Source: Planctomycetota bacterium (GTDB lineage Bacteria > Planctomycetota > UBA1135 > UBA2386). From it: a stretch of DNA of 64,000 nt. The stretch is taken from the NCBI GenBank assembly GCA_965223545.1, contig OZ245006.1, positions 3,424,001 to 3,488,000 on the forward strand, written 5' to 3'. The notes below the pieces were generated by a model. That model ran no database searches. It was given only the letters and a program-made list of their open reading frames with translations, and was not told the DNA's origin. Both the position numbers and the translations under genes were made by a program. Shown in pieces: positions 49,601-58,042 of this stretch; positions within the stretch are counted from its first letter, which is position 1; every line of letters begins with the position of its first letter.

Positions 49601-52600
49601 CCTCGACCGCCGGACCGCGCAGGTTGAGCTTGTACGAGGCGCGCGTCGCCAAGAACGACACGTCGGTCAGCGCCAGATCGAAGGCATCGGCGGCCTCGAC
49701 GTAGGCGCGGTTGCCCAGCAGGTTGTTGCGGTGGTAGTTGTTGGGCGCGCTGCCGGCGTAGACGCCGACCGCGCCGGGCGTGCGCAACGGGTCGTAGCCG
49801 GCCGACTCGAGCGCGACGTATGCGGCTTCCAAGAACAGCCGCACCTGCGGGTCGGTCCGCTCGGCCTCCTTCGGGCTGAAACCGAAGAAGGAGGCGTCGA
49901 ACCGATCGACGTCGTCGAGCACGGCGCGCACCGGGACGTAGCGCTCATCGCGCAACCAGCGCTCGGCGATTCCGCTGGCGCGCAGCTCCTCTTCGCTGAA
50001 GCGCGCGCCACACTCGACGCCATCGCGCAGCACCTGCCAGAACGCGTCGAGGTCGGGCGCCTTGGGGAAGCGGCCGGCCATGCCGATCACCGCGACCGCC
50101 GCCGACTGCGCCGGGGCTGGCCTGGGAGTGGCCGCCGCGGCCTCGTCGCCGCGATCCCGCGGCGCGTCGGCGACCCCGAGGCGCTGCGCCATCGCGGCCA
50201 CGGTGGGATGCTGGAACACCTCGGCCACCGACAGCTGCTCGCCGAATTCGGCCTGCAGCTTGGCGCGCAGCCGCACCAAGTGGAGCGAGTGCCCACCGAT
50301 CTCGAAGAAGTTGTCCTCCCGGCCGACGTGCTCGACCTCGAGGATCGAGCGCCACAGCGCCGCGACGCGCTGCTCACCGGCACCGCGCAGCGGCACCGCC
50401 ACGGCCGCGGTCGCCGGCGCCACGCGCTCGCTCAACCGCGCCCGGTCGATCTTGCCGTTGGGTGTCAGCGGCAAGGCCTCGAGCACTTCGATCGAGGACG
50501 GGACCATGTAGTCCGGCAAGCTGCGCGCCAGGTGTGCTCGCAGCGCGGCCGCATCGAGCGCGGCGCCGGCGACCGGCACCGCGAATGCCGCGAGCTGCAC
50601 GTCTCCGGCCGCGCGCGACTGCGCGACGACGACGCATTCGGCCACCGCCGAGTGCGCCACCAGCACCTGCTCGATCTCGCCCAGCTCGATGCGAAACCCG
50701 CGCACCTTGACCTGGTGATCGATGCGCCCGAGAAAGTCCAGCTGCCCATCCGCGCGCCAGCGCACCAGGTCGCCGGTGCGATACAGGCGTCCGTCGCCGA
50801 ACGGGGAGTCGATGAACTTCTCGGCGGTGAGCTCCGGCCGCGCATGGTAGCCGCGAGCCAAGCTGGCGCCGCCGATCCACAGCTCGCCGGGCACCCCGAC
50901 CGGCACCAGCTGGCGGTGCCGGTCCACGACGAAGGCGGAGACGTTGTCGATCGGCCGGCCGATCGGCGGCGCGACGCCGGGCTGCAGGTCGGCCGGCACG
51001 TCGCAGTAGGTCGCCACCACCGCGCTCTCGGTCGGCCCGTACTGGTTGACCAGGCGAAACGGCAATGCCGGCGGCGGCGGGGCGTTGAGCCGATCGCCAC
51101 CGGTGAGCAGCGCCCGCAGGCAGAGACCGGCGGGCATCGGCTCGGCCAGCATCGCCTCGGCCAGCGGAGTCGGCGCAAAGCTGAGGGTCACGCGCTGGTC
51201 GGCGAGCCATTCGAGCAACTGTTCCGGCACCTTGCGCACGTCTTCACCGGGCAGGTGCACACTGGCGCCGGCGGTGAGGTACGGCCACAGCTCCCAGACA
51301 GTCGCATCGAACGCCAACCCCGCGACCAGCGACGCGCGGTCGGCGGCGACCACGGCGTACTCGCGGCGGTGCCAGAAGATCAGGTTGAGCAGGGCGGCGT
51401 GCTGGATCTCGACCCCCTTGGGCCGCCCGGTCGAACCCGAGGTGAAGATCACGTACACCGTGTCGTCGACGCCGAGCTCGACGTCGGGGTTGTCGGCCGG
51501 CATCGACGCCACCGCGTCGCGCTCCGCGTCGAGATCGAGGAGCTCCGCTCCACCACCCGAGAGCGCGGCCGCCATGCCGGCGTGGGTGATGAGCACGGGC
51601 ATGGCCGCGTCCTCGATCATTCCCGCCAAGCGCTCGGGCGGATTGGCCGCATCGAGCGGAACGTAGGCGGCGCCGGCCTTCATCACTCCGAGCAGGGCGG
51701 CGACCATGTCGACCCGCCGCTGCATCAGCACACCGATCAGCGCTCCGCGCCGCGCACCGCGCCGCAGCAGCGCATGCGCGATGCGGTTGGCGCGGGCGTT
51801 GAGCGCGGCGTACGACAGCTGCTCCACTTCGTCGGACAGCGCGATCGCGGCGGGATCGTCCGCCGCGCAGCGCTCGACCAGTCGGTGGACGCAATCCGTG
51901 CGGGGGTCGTCGGTGCGGGTCATCGCACCGTCCGCCAGCTGGGCGCGCTCGGCAACGGTGAGCATTGGCAGCTGGGCCACCGGCCGGTCGGGATCGGCCA
52001 CCAAAGCGGCGACGAGCTCGCCGAGGTGCGCGGCCATCCGTTCGACCGTCGCTGCGTCGAACAGGTCGGCGCTGTACTCGAGCTCGCCAACCAAGCCGGC
52101 CGCGGTCTCGCGCACTGCCAGGGTCAGGTCGAACTTGGCGGTGTCGTGCGGGGTCTCCACCGGCTCGACATCGAGCCCGCCGAGGCGCATCGGCGCGCCG
52201 GCCTCGTCGTAGACGAACGCCACTTGAAACAGCGGGTTGGCGCTCGGATCGAGGTCCTGCCGCAGCGCGGCGACCAACGGCTCGAACGGCATGTCCTGGT
52301 GCTGGTACGCGCCGAGACACATGTCGCGCACGCGGCGCAGCAGCTGGCGGCCACTGGGCGCGCCGGAGAGATCGGCGCGGGCGACCAGCATGTTCATGAA
52401 GAAACCGACCAAACCCTGGGTCTGCGGTTGGTCACGCCCCGCCGTGGGCATGCCGATGGCGATGTCGTCCTGCCCGCTGTAGCGGTGGAGCAGGGCGGCG
52501 TAGACCGCGAGCAGCGTCATCGTCGGCGTGCAGGCCTCGCGCCGGCCGAGCGCCAACAGCTCGTCGGCGAGTCGGCGATCGAGCTGCATCCGGCGGGTGC

Positions 52601-53462
52601 CGCCGGCAAAGCTGCGCTCGCGTGGCCGGGGCCGGTCGGCCGGCAGCACCAGCGGAGCGAGGCCGTCGAGCTGCTCGCGCCAGTACGCCAGCAGCGCGGC
52701 GCCGTCGCGGTCGTAGCGCCTGCGCTGCCAGTCGGCGTAGTCCGTGTAGCGGATCGGTAGCGCTGGGAGCTGCGCATCGGCGCCGTCGACGCGGGCGGCG
52801 TAGAGCGCGCCAAGGTCGTGCTGAATGACGGCGAACGACCATCCATCGCCGACCAGGTGCGGCATCACCAACGACAGCACGTGGTCGTCCACACCGATCC
52901 GCAGCAAGCGCGCGCGCAGCAACGGCACGCGGTCGAGGGCGAAGCCGACCGCCGCATGCGCGCGCGCGGCGCGGACGGCGTCGGCCAACGGCTCGGGCGC
53001 GCCGGTCAGATCCTCGACCTCCAAGCCGAACGGCGGCGCGTCTTCGACCTGCTGCACGGGCTCGTCGTCGCGCAGCGCGAACGTCGTGCGCAACGCCTCG
53101 TGGCGCGCGATCAGCTGCTCGAGGCTCCAGCGCAGCGCCTCGACGTCGAGCGCACCGCGCAGCCGCAAGTGCAGCGGGATGTTGTAGGCCGCGTTGTCGT
53201 CGCTCAGCGCGTAGACCAGCCACAACCGCTGCTGCGCCAGTGACAGGGGCAGGGCGCCGGCCTGCTGCAAGCGCGGGATCTCGCCAGCCGGCGCGTCCTC
53301 GCTGGTCAGCATGGCGACCAGCGCGCTCTTGTGCTCGGCCAGCTGGTCGCGCAACGCGGCGGTGAGCACGCCCTTGGGCGCATTCACTTTGAGGCGCTCG
53401 CCCTCGACGGACACGCGGACCCCGAGGTCGCGGAGCCGGAGCAGAAGATCGGCGGCAGTCAT
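43683..53462 (-). CDS. Hybrid NRPS-type I PKS: TubC-like docking domain-C-A-T-KS-AT-KR-ACP-DH-ER
   Basis: C PLSLAQQRLW / PHLVGDGWS; A YVIFTSGSTGRPKG, NQYGPTE, LYRTGD, NGKIDR; T IGGHSL; KS TACSTS, HGTATPLGDPIE, NIGH; AT GHSIG, HAFHS; KR TGGVGGVG, YTAAN; ACP LGFDSL; DH HRIHGEPVL, HPALLD; ER GLNFKD, IHAAAGGVG. Confidence 0.95.
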   Translation of the reverse strand: MTAADLLLRLRDLGVRVSVEGERLKVNAPKGVLTAALRDQLAEHKSALVAMLTSEDAPAGEIPRLQQAGALPLSLAQQRLWLVYALSDDNAAYNIPLHLRLRGALDVEALRWSLEQLIARHEALRTTFALRDDEPVQQVEDAPPFGLEVEDLTGAPEPLADAVRAARAHAAVGFALDRVPLLRARLLRIGVDDHVLSLVMPHLVGDGWSFAVIQHDLGALYAARVDGADAQLPALPIRYTDYADWQRRRYDRDGAALLAYWREQLDGLAPLVLPADRPRPRERSFAGGTRRMQLDRRLADELLALGRREACTPTMTLLAVYAALLHRYSGQDDIAIGMPTAGRDQPQTQGLVGFFMNMLVARADLSGAPSGRQLLRRVRDMCLGAYQHQDMPFEPLVAALRQDLDPSANPLFQVAFVYDEAGAPMRLGGLDVEPVETPHDTAKFDLTLAVRETAAGLVGELEYSADLFDAATVERMAAHLGELVAALVADPDRPVAQLPMLTVAERAQLADGAMTRTDDPRTDCVHRLVERCAADDPAAIALSDEVEQLSYAALNARANRIAHALLRRGARRGALIGVLMQRRVDMVAALLGVMKAGAAYVPLDAANPPERLAGMIEDAAMPVLITHAGMAAALSGGGAELLDLDAERDAVASMPADNPDVELGVDDTVYVIFTSGSTGRPKGVEIQHAALLNLIFWHRREYAVVAADRASLVAGLAFDATVWELWPYLTAGASVHLPGEDVRKVPEQLLEWLADQRVTLSFAPTPLAEAMLAEPMPAGLCLRALLTGGDRLNAPPPPALPFRLVNQYGPTESAVVATYCDVPADLQPGVAPPIGRPIDNVSAFVVDRHRQLVPVGVPGELWIGGASLARGYHARPELTAEKFIDSPFGDGRLYRTGDLVRWRADGQLDFLGRIDHQVKVRGFRIELGEIEQVLVAHSAVAECVVVAQSRAAGDVQLAAFAVPVAGAALDAAALRAHLARSLPDYMVPSSIEVLEALPLTPNGKIDRARLSERVAPATAAVAVPLRGAGEQRVAALWRSILEVEHVGREDNFFEIGGHSLHLVRLRAKLQAEFGEQLSVAEVFQHPTVAAMAQRLGVADAPRDRGDEAAAATPRPAPAQSAAVAVIGMAGRFPKAPDLDAFWQVLRDGVECGARFSEEELRASGIAERWLRDERYVPVRAVLDDVDRFDASFFGFSPKEAERTDPQVRLFLEAAYVALESAGYDPLRTPGAVGVYAGSAPNNYHRNNLLGNRAYVEAADAFDLALTDVSFLATRASYKLNLRGPAVEVYTACSTSLVAVVQACESVLTGQSDMALAGGVFVGVPQRVGHLYREGEIFSPDGRCRPFDSGAQGTFSGEGVGVVLLKRLDRAIEDGDPIRAVIAGAALNNDGANKVGFTAPSVEGQAAVIRAAQQAAGIDPSSIGYVECHGTATPLGDPIEVAALSKAFGESERQQYCALGSVKANIGHADTAAGVAGLIKAVLALEHEAIPPSPNFEEPNPEIDFAASPFYVADRLQPWSRGASPRRAAVSSFGIGGTNAHVVLEEAPASPARAAARPQHLVTLSAKTEAALDAYRQALAARLRAEPDLDPGEVAATTQRSRSGFEHRCFTVGADAVALAAALESGNARQLISGVRGAEHPPVAFMFPGQGAQYVGMGRELYEHAAVYRDAFDRCAALLTEPLGLDLREVVYPSEPAEEHTAQLSQTRVTQPAMFAVEYALAMLWESWGVRPAAVIGHSIGEYVAATLAGVFSLEDALRLVAERGRMMQELPAGDMLSVGLPEGEVQPLLNGELSLSAINGPSSCVVGGPRDAVAQLQEELARQDLPCRLLHTSHAFHSSMMEPMSAPFRAVVAGVQPAPAQLPCASTVTGEWIEPELWADADYWVRNLRDPVRFATGARTVLDNPELVLLEVGPGQTLSALVRQQGKRARGRAVVPSMRHPQDQQSDWQCLLTAVGRLWMAGVDIAWPQVHGREARRVPLPGYPFARKRYWIERDATPPGLAGGSLERKAAVADWFWAPSWQRAAAAVAADPPARTLVLAGDDPLSASVVEALRRVGEVTVARIGERFAATGEGEYTLRADVREDWDALWSAAGGGVDRVIHLWQVAASGASSLDALAEREARGFYALMLLGRVLAEAGDERPLRVEVVTRGLFDVCGETTSLPERALMLGPCRVIPAEQPNVRCRLVDLEVDPDASATVEELVREWGTAAQGVVALRRGLRWLPGAVPAPQAATDVPVWNREGVDAGAYLITGGVGGVGLALAELLAKAPRSALVLVSRRGLPPREEWDAWRAQHGDEDRTSRRMRRIGALEAAGVTVVLETADVQDAAAMRAVVQRCVDRFGRVRGVVHAAGTATGGLVANRTAAEAAHVLAPKVRGTLALDAALGDAPLEFFALCSSVTAVKGGVGSVDYTAANAFLDAFAHSARGRARRAVTINWDAWSEAGMAAEADVPAEMAAAHREVLAKGLSDEDGREVFVRAVHAGLPQLLVSTFDLPARLAADTVEDAESTAVANASGEEDGGHERPELATAYAPPSGEVEQAIASVVQSLLGVAQIGRDDDFFQLGFDSLIGHRMIARLKQKHGIALALRAVLESPNVAALAAQAQLVGGKPAAAESKPSLATPPVAADHPLFETRHTDDDGRLVWTSRLSPAQHWVLGEHRIHGEPVLVGTAYLELARAAFEQHAAASLAGGAAIELRSVFFLAPLSVPTDGEREVRTVLTVSEGAADFVVESEGADGELSEHATGQLVVGERGAQPRHDVQALRARCAERELEVASDELEQATGFMTLGPRWGSARRVWFGDQRRLTEMQLPASAVAEDRGYGLHPALLDVAVGFREESGAGMLPFAYERVVVRGAMTPTAFSFIEEQPSPAAGERRFDVVVVDQSGAELVRIEGYALRRADAAAAGEQAGGADSAESDEANVTLKITEPGLLEELAFVRGARRPPADGEVEIEVLATGLNFKDVLFALGLMPASDGGVPEIGLECAGRIARIGAGVTGFAVGDEVVALSSSSFSAYVTVPAAVVAAKPQALSVEAAATIPISFLTAYHALITLGRMQAGEKVLIHAAAGGVGLAAVQVAQWRGAEIYATAGSDAKRATLRAMGIEHVMNSRTTEFADRVMEATAGRGVDLVLNSLAGEFIAKGLAVLGPYGRFLELGAQDIFANTPIGLAPFANSLQFIAVMIGPRMPGFAESWRALAERFADGSFAPLPHEVFAATDAVRAFEHMAAAKHTGKVVVAMGGQQALRAVGGAARAP

Positions 53463-53567
53463 CGGTCAGTGGCGGGTGGCGAACGGTCGCTGGCATGGGC
53501 CCCCGAACCGGTGGTGGCGCGGCGCCAGGGTGGTCCGGAAGGCAGAATCCGCCGTCGGCGACGAACC

Positions 53568-53586
53568 CTCGGGAGTCTATCCCGAG
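53568..53586. promoter_or_regulatory. Palindrome CTCGGGA-N5-TCCCGAG upstream of the NRPS-PKS, possible operator
   Basis: Perfect 7-bp arms about 105 bp upstream of the start codon. Confidence 0.3.
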
Positions 53587-53708
53587 AACGCCACCGGCGA
53601 GGGCGAGGAGGGCCGCGCATGATAGACGCCGGCGGCGGCCACCGGAACGGGCCGGCGGGGGATGCCAACCGGCGATGCCACCGCCGTCGCGAACCGAGCG
53701 GCCGGCTC

Positions 53709-54677
53709 TCAGCCCGCCGCGGCGGCCGCCGCTTGCTGGGCGGTGACGAACTGCTGCAGCTGCGTCAGGTCGTGCGCGCGGCGCACGGCCAAGGCGGCGC
53801 CGTGGGTCGGCGCGCATTCCAGCACCGCCAACGAGGCGGCGATGCTGAAGGTCTGCGTCGCGTCGGGCCGTGGTTTGAGCGAGCGCACCTCTTCGCGCAG
53901 CCCGACGACGAAGTCGACCAGCGTTGGAACGGGCTGCTCGACAAAGGTCAGCAGCGCGACCTCGTCGAAGTCGTTCTGCCAGATGCGAACCCCAGCCGCG
54001 CGGAACGCCGTCCGCAGCTCGAGGAACCGCCGCTCGACCTCGCGCTCGGGAGCCGGGTTGAAGAAGAGCAGGTGTGATGCCTGCTGCAGCCGATCGCCCG
54101 CCGGCATGCCGGCGGCGCGCAGCGCGCGGTAGTGCCCCTCGATGCGGCGGGCCATCTCCGGCACGGCCTGGTCGCTCGCGGTGAGCAGCGCGCACGCGGC
54201 ATAGTCGTCCGGACCGGTCAACCACCAGTGGTGCTGCTTCATCATCTCGTAGATCGCGGCAAACCGCTGGACGACAGCCGCCCCCACCCGGCGACCGTGC
54301 TCGACCCGCAGCAGCAGGACCGCGATCGCCTCGTTGCCGCCACCGCGCCGCAGACCCTGCTCGCGAAACATGCCGGTGGTGCGCTCGTACTCGGCGACGA
54401 AGTCCGCCGCCCGATCGCCGAGCCGCTGCAGCGCGGCGGCGAAGGCGAAGCGCAGCGAGGAGCGCATCGGCCCGAACCAACTCGCGCGGCGGCGCAGCTC
54501 GTCGGCGCAGGCCAGGGTGGCGTCCACCAGCGCGAAGGGCTGCCCCTCGGCGCGCACCAAGCTCAGCGCGGCATAGCGGAACGGCAGCGCGCCGGTGTGC
54601 CAGCGCCGGCGGTGTTCGAACTCGCGGTAGATCTCGGCGTGGCGGCGCACCGCAGCGCCGGACGAGAGCATCGGCAT
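53709..54677 (-). CDS. DUF4003-like helical protein
   Basis: IYEMMKQHHWWLTGPDDYAACALL and the C-terminal AQQAAAAAAG match my recollection of the DUF4003 pattern. Confidence 0.65.
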   Translation of the reverse strand: MPMLSSGAAVRRHAEIYREFEHRRRWHTGALPFRYAALSLVRAEGQPFALVDATLACADELRRRASWFGPMRSSLRFAFAAALQRLGDRAADFVAEYERTTGMFREQGLRRGGGNEAIAVLLLRVEHGRRVGAAVVQRFAAIYEMMKQHHWWLTGPDDYAACALLTASDQAVPEMARRIEGHYRALRAAGMPAGDRLQQASHLLFFNPAPEREVERRFLELRTAFRAAGVRIWQNDFDEVALLTFVEQPVPTLVDFVVGLREEVRSLKPRPDATQTFSIAASLAVLECAPTHGAALAVRRAHDLTQLQQFVTAQQAAAAAAG

Positions 54678-54737
54678 GATGCGCAGGTTACCGCGAATCG
54701 GCAGCGGGCATTCAACCCGCGATCGCTCGCGCTGACC

Positions 54738-56039
54738 TCAGCCGCCGATGTGGAACACCACGGCCTCGCTGGTGCGCAACACTCCGGTGTTGTCCGGCTG
54801 GAACAGCTGGCCGAACACCATCGCTCCGATCAAGCTCGAGGAGTCGGGGATCACGAAGCTGAAGCCCGGGCCGAGCGCGCTGGTGGCCACGCCGACGGTG
54901 AACACCGTCGGATCGATGTGCAGCGGGCAGGAGCCCAGCAAGACCGGCAGAGGAGTGGGGCCGGCAAAGCGGTCGTCGAGGCCGATGCCGAGCGCGATCG
55001 GCCCCGGCACCGCGTTCGCCGCGACGACGGCGGTCGGGTTGCCGATGCTGGCGCCGCCCGACGCCGCCAGCCGCAGCTGGCACGGATCGCCGAACACGAC
55101 GCTGACCCCGTCCGGCGCCAGGTCGAAGTCGACCGGGTCCCCCGGCAGCCGGCCCGTCAGGTTGACCCACTGCGGCGCCGGGTCGAGCGGGCCGACCGAC
55201 ATGAGGAAGGGGTGCGGCGCGCCGCCGAGCACGAACGCGCGGGTGACGTCGTCCGGGTCTTCTCGCATCGCGACCGTGCCGCCCGCGGGCAAGACCGGGG
55301 TCACCGGGAGCGCGGTGGCCGCGCCCGTCGCCAGGTCGACGCGGCTGAGCGTTCCGCTGTCATCGGTGACGAAACCGATCGGCAGCCGGCTGGGCAGCTG
55401 TCGGAAGCCGGTGAGCTCGGGCGACGGCATGCCGGTCAGCGGAAGCCAGGCCCGCGTCAACAACCCGCTGTCCAGGTCGACGAAGCGCACCTCCGGGGGC
55501 TGTCCCGACCCGCCACAGCGCGCCAGCCACGCGAAGTCGCGTTGGCGGCCGAGAATCTCCTGGCCACAACCGCGATCGAAGGCGTCCAGGACCACTGGCG
55601 CGGCGGGGCGGCGGCGGTCGAACTCCACCAGCCCACCGCCCGTGCCACGCACCACCGCGATCATGCGGTCCTCCGGCCCCAGACCGAGCGAGGTCACCGT
55701 GCCGGCGACTGCGGCGAGAGTGGTTTCACCGACCACCGACAGGCCGCTGAGGTGCAGCCGCACGATGCGACTCGTGTTTCCCGCGCCCCGCACGGCGACG
55801 ATCACGTCGCGATCGACGGGGTCGATCGCGACCGCGAGGGGATCCGCCGCCTGCGCGGGAGAGGACTGGATCAAGACCGGCGCGCCCCCGGCGAGGTCCG
55901 CAACGGCCAGCGCCGTGCCGCCGGCCGGCCCCGGCAGCGCGCTGGCGACCACCACCCGTCCGGCGGGCACCTGGGCGGACAGGAACGGCGCGAACAGGAC
56001 CCCGGCGAGCGCCGGGCCGAGCCACGGGGAGCGAGTCAT
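54738..56039 (-). CDS. Secreted beta-propeller-like protein with a conserved C-terminal domain
   Basis: Signal MTRSPWLGPALAGVLFAPFLSAQ; beta-rich repeats (LAVAIDP, LSRVDLATGAATAL); C-terminus VFGDPC...IPDSSSLIGAMVFGQ...TSEAVVFHIGG. Confidence 0.7.
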   Translation of the reverse strand: MTRSPWLGPALAGVLFAPFLSAQVPAGRVVVASALPGPAGGTALAVADLAGGAPVLIQSSPAQAADPLAVAIDPVDRDVIVAVRGAGNTSRIVRLHLSGLSVVGETTLAAVAGTVTSLGLGPEDRMIAVVRGTGGGLVEFDRRRPAAPVVLDAFDRGCGQEILGRQRDFAWLARCGGSGQPPEVRFVDLDSGLLTRAWLPLTGMPSPELTGFRQLPSRLPIGFVTDDSGTLSRVDLATGAATALPVTPVLPAGGTVAMREDPDDVTRAFVLGGAPHPFLMSVGPLDPAPQWVNLTGRLPGDPVDFDLAPDGVSVVFGDPCQLRLAASGGASIGNPTAVVAANAVPGPIALGIGLDDRFAGPTPLPVLLGSCPLHIDPTVFTVGVATSALGPGFSFVIPDSSSLIGAMVFGQLFQPDNTGVLRTSEAVVFHIGG

Positions 56040-56159
56040 GAGCGCGCTTCGCCAGAACCGGGGTTCGAGTTCCCAAAGGGCCCGAATTTCCCCGCCGCGG
56101 GCCAGTGGGGCGGCGCGCTTAATTTGCGCCACGGCGCATTTTCGCGGAGGGGAGGGGCG

Positions 56160-56191
56160 AAGCGAGAAAATCGAGTCTGACTCGGTACTTC
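56160..56191 (-). repeat. Solo copy of the REP-like unit found in the 11941-12021 palindrome
   Basis: Minus strand reads GAAGTACCGAGTCAGACTCGATTTTCTCGCTT versus GAAGTACGGAGTCAG(T/G)CTCGATTTTCTCGCTT, 30 of 32 identical. Confidence 0.82.
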
Positions 56192-56951
56192 ACGAGAGGT
56201 GTTCGGCTTCCCGTTGGAGTGGTTTGCCCAAAGCGGTGGCGCGCTGGGTGAAGAGGCGCTCGGCGAACTCGTAGAGCTCGACGTCCAGGGCGTTGCGTTC
56301 GGCGATGCAGGCGCGGACCTCGGGCGAGACGGCTTCGCGCGCGGGGCGGTCGGCGGTGATGTTGCGGCGCTCGCCCCGCATGTCGCCCCAGCCGAAGGTC
56401 AGCTTGAACAGCGCCAGCGATTCGTTGAAGCGCTCGGTCAACCCGACCGCGCCGAACTCGGCCAGGCGCGCCTTGGCGTCGTCGAGCATCGCGCGGGTGC
56501 ACTGGCCCCAGTGCACGCCGGCGTGGCCATTGGGCGTCAGCCAGCGCACGTGGTCATTGTCGGCCTCCAGCGTCACCCGCGTCGTGACGTAGTCCTGTAG
56601 GGTGATGCCGCCCTGAACCACCTTGTCGTGGAGGTAGTGCTCCGGCCGCGACAGCACGAAGTGGTAGTGGCTGATGACGCGATCCACGGGCTCGCGCAGC
56701 ATGGTGATGTAGGTCGCCGGCCGCGACAGCAGCTCGTGCACACCGTAGTGCAAATGGCCGCTGATCACGTCGAACGAGTCGCGCTCGGCCTGCGAACGGT
56801 TTGCGAACTCCTCCAGGTTTTGCGGTGCCCCGGTGAGCCGGGCAAACCGACCCCGCGGATACTGGCGAAACAGGATCGCTTCGAAGGACGAGCCCGCCGC
56901 CTTTGGCATGTGCATGAAGATGAGGGGGTTCGGCTTGGTCCGGCAGCGCAT
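56190..56951 (-). CDS. Sulfotransferase family 2 protein
   Basis: LIFMHMPKAAGSS, ISGHLHYG, MLREPVDRVISHY, VGLTERFNESL and NALDVELY. Confidence 0.82.
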   Translation of the reverse strand: MRCRTKPNPLIFMHMPKAAGSSFEAILFRQYPRGRFARLTGAPQNLEEFANRSQAERDSFDVISGHLHYGVHELLSRPATYITMLREPVDRVISHYHFVLSRPEHYLHDKVVQGGITLQDYVTTRVTLEADNDHVRWLTPNGHAGVHWGQCTRAMLDDAKARLAEFGAVGLTERFNESLALFKLTFGWGDMRGERRNITADRPAREAVSPEVRACIAERNALDVELYEFAERLFTQRATALGKPLQREAEHLS

Positions 56952-57016
56952 ACCATCCTTGCAAAGCGGCGCGGACCGACCGTTTCAACCCCGGAATCGC
57001 CACTCGTCCCCCAAGC

Positions 57017-58042
57017 ATGTCCACGCCTGCACCGCGGGTCTCGGTTCTGCTGCCCGTCTACCGGGCGGAGAACACCGTGCGGCGCGCCGCCGAGTCGATC
57101 CTCTTGGGCCATTGGCGTGATCTCGAGCTGATCGCCGTCGTCGACGGCAGCGACGACGCCTCGGGGGCCGTGCTCGAAGCGCTGGCCCGCACCGAGCCGC
57201 GCCTGCGCGTCCTGCACACCGCGCACGGCGGGGTGGCAGCCGCGGCCAACCGCGCGTTCGAGGCCAGCCGGGCGCCGCTGATCGCGCGGATGGACGCCGA
57301 CGACGAGGCCCTCCCCGACCGCTTGGCCCGCCAGGTGCACGCTCTCGAGCACGGCTGCGCCGACGTCGTCGGCAGCCGCGTGGCCATCGTCGACGCCACC
57401 GGCGCGGCGGTGACGGCCATGCGGCGCTACCAGCGCTGGCTCAACGCACTGCTGACCCCCGAGGCGATCGCGGCGGCGCGCTTCGTCGAGCTGCCGCTGG
57501 TCAACCCCAGCCTCACTGGCCGGCGCGCGGCGTTCGCGCTCGGCTACCGGCAATGGGACGACACCGCCGCGGCGATGCCCGAGGACTACGATTGGTTCTT
57601 GCGCGCGGTCGCGCGCGGCTTTCGCTTCGCCAAGGTCGACGACGTGCTGTTGCGATGGACCGAGTCCGCGGATCGGTTGACACGCCGCCACCCCGACTAC
57701 ACCACGGCGGCGTTCGATCGCTGCCGCCGCGCCCACTTGCGCGCGGGCCCGCTGCGGGCGATCGCGCGCGTCGACCTGTGGGGTGTCGCCCGCACCGGCA
57801 AGCCGTGGCTGCGGTGGCTGCAACAAGAGGGCATCCATGTCCGAGAGGCCTACGACATCGACCCGCGGCGCGTCGGGCAGAGGGTGCACGGCCAGCAAGT
57901 CCGCCACTGCGACACCCTGGGCGACGCCGACGGGACGCCGATCCTGGTCGCGGTGGGAGCCGACGGCGCGCGCGCGCAGATCGACGCCGCGCTGCGGCAA
58001 CGCGGCTACCGGCCCGGCGTGGACGCGTGGTTCGTCGCTTGA
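57017..58042 (+). CDS. Glycosyltransferase family 2
   Basis: VSVLLPVY, VVDGSDD, ARMDADD, PEDYDW and FAKV. Confidence 0.87.
   Translation: MSTPAPRVSVLLPVYRAENTVRRAAESILLGHWRDLELIAVVDGSDDASGAVLEALARTEPRLRVLHTAHGGVAAAANRAFEASRAPLIARMDADDEALPDRLARQVHALEHGCADVVGSRVAIVDATGAAVTAMRRYQRWLNALLTPEAIAAARFVELPLVNPSLTGRRAAFALGYRQWDDTAAAMPEDYDWFLRAVARGFRFAKVDDVLLRWTESADRLTRRHPDYTTAAFDRCRRAHLRAGPLRAIARVDLWGVARTGKPWLRWLQQEGIHVREAYDIDPRRVGQRVHGQQVRHCDTLGDADGTPILVAVGADGARAQIDAALRQRGYRPGVDAWFVA

Noticed and set aside
45711..52760. 2349-aa plus-strand ORF, and 42930..45677, antisense to the NRPS-PKS
   Set aside because: Shadow ORFs caused by high-GC codon bias; no recognisable motifs, and the opposite strand encodes a clear synthase.
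53459..53668. 69-aa ORF overlapping the NRPS-PKS start (leader, MbtH or precursor peptide?)
   Set aside because: Arg/Pro-rich low-complexity translation without MbtH Trp motifs or RiPP features; probably spurious.
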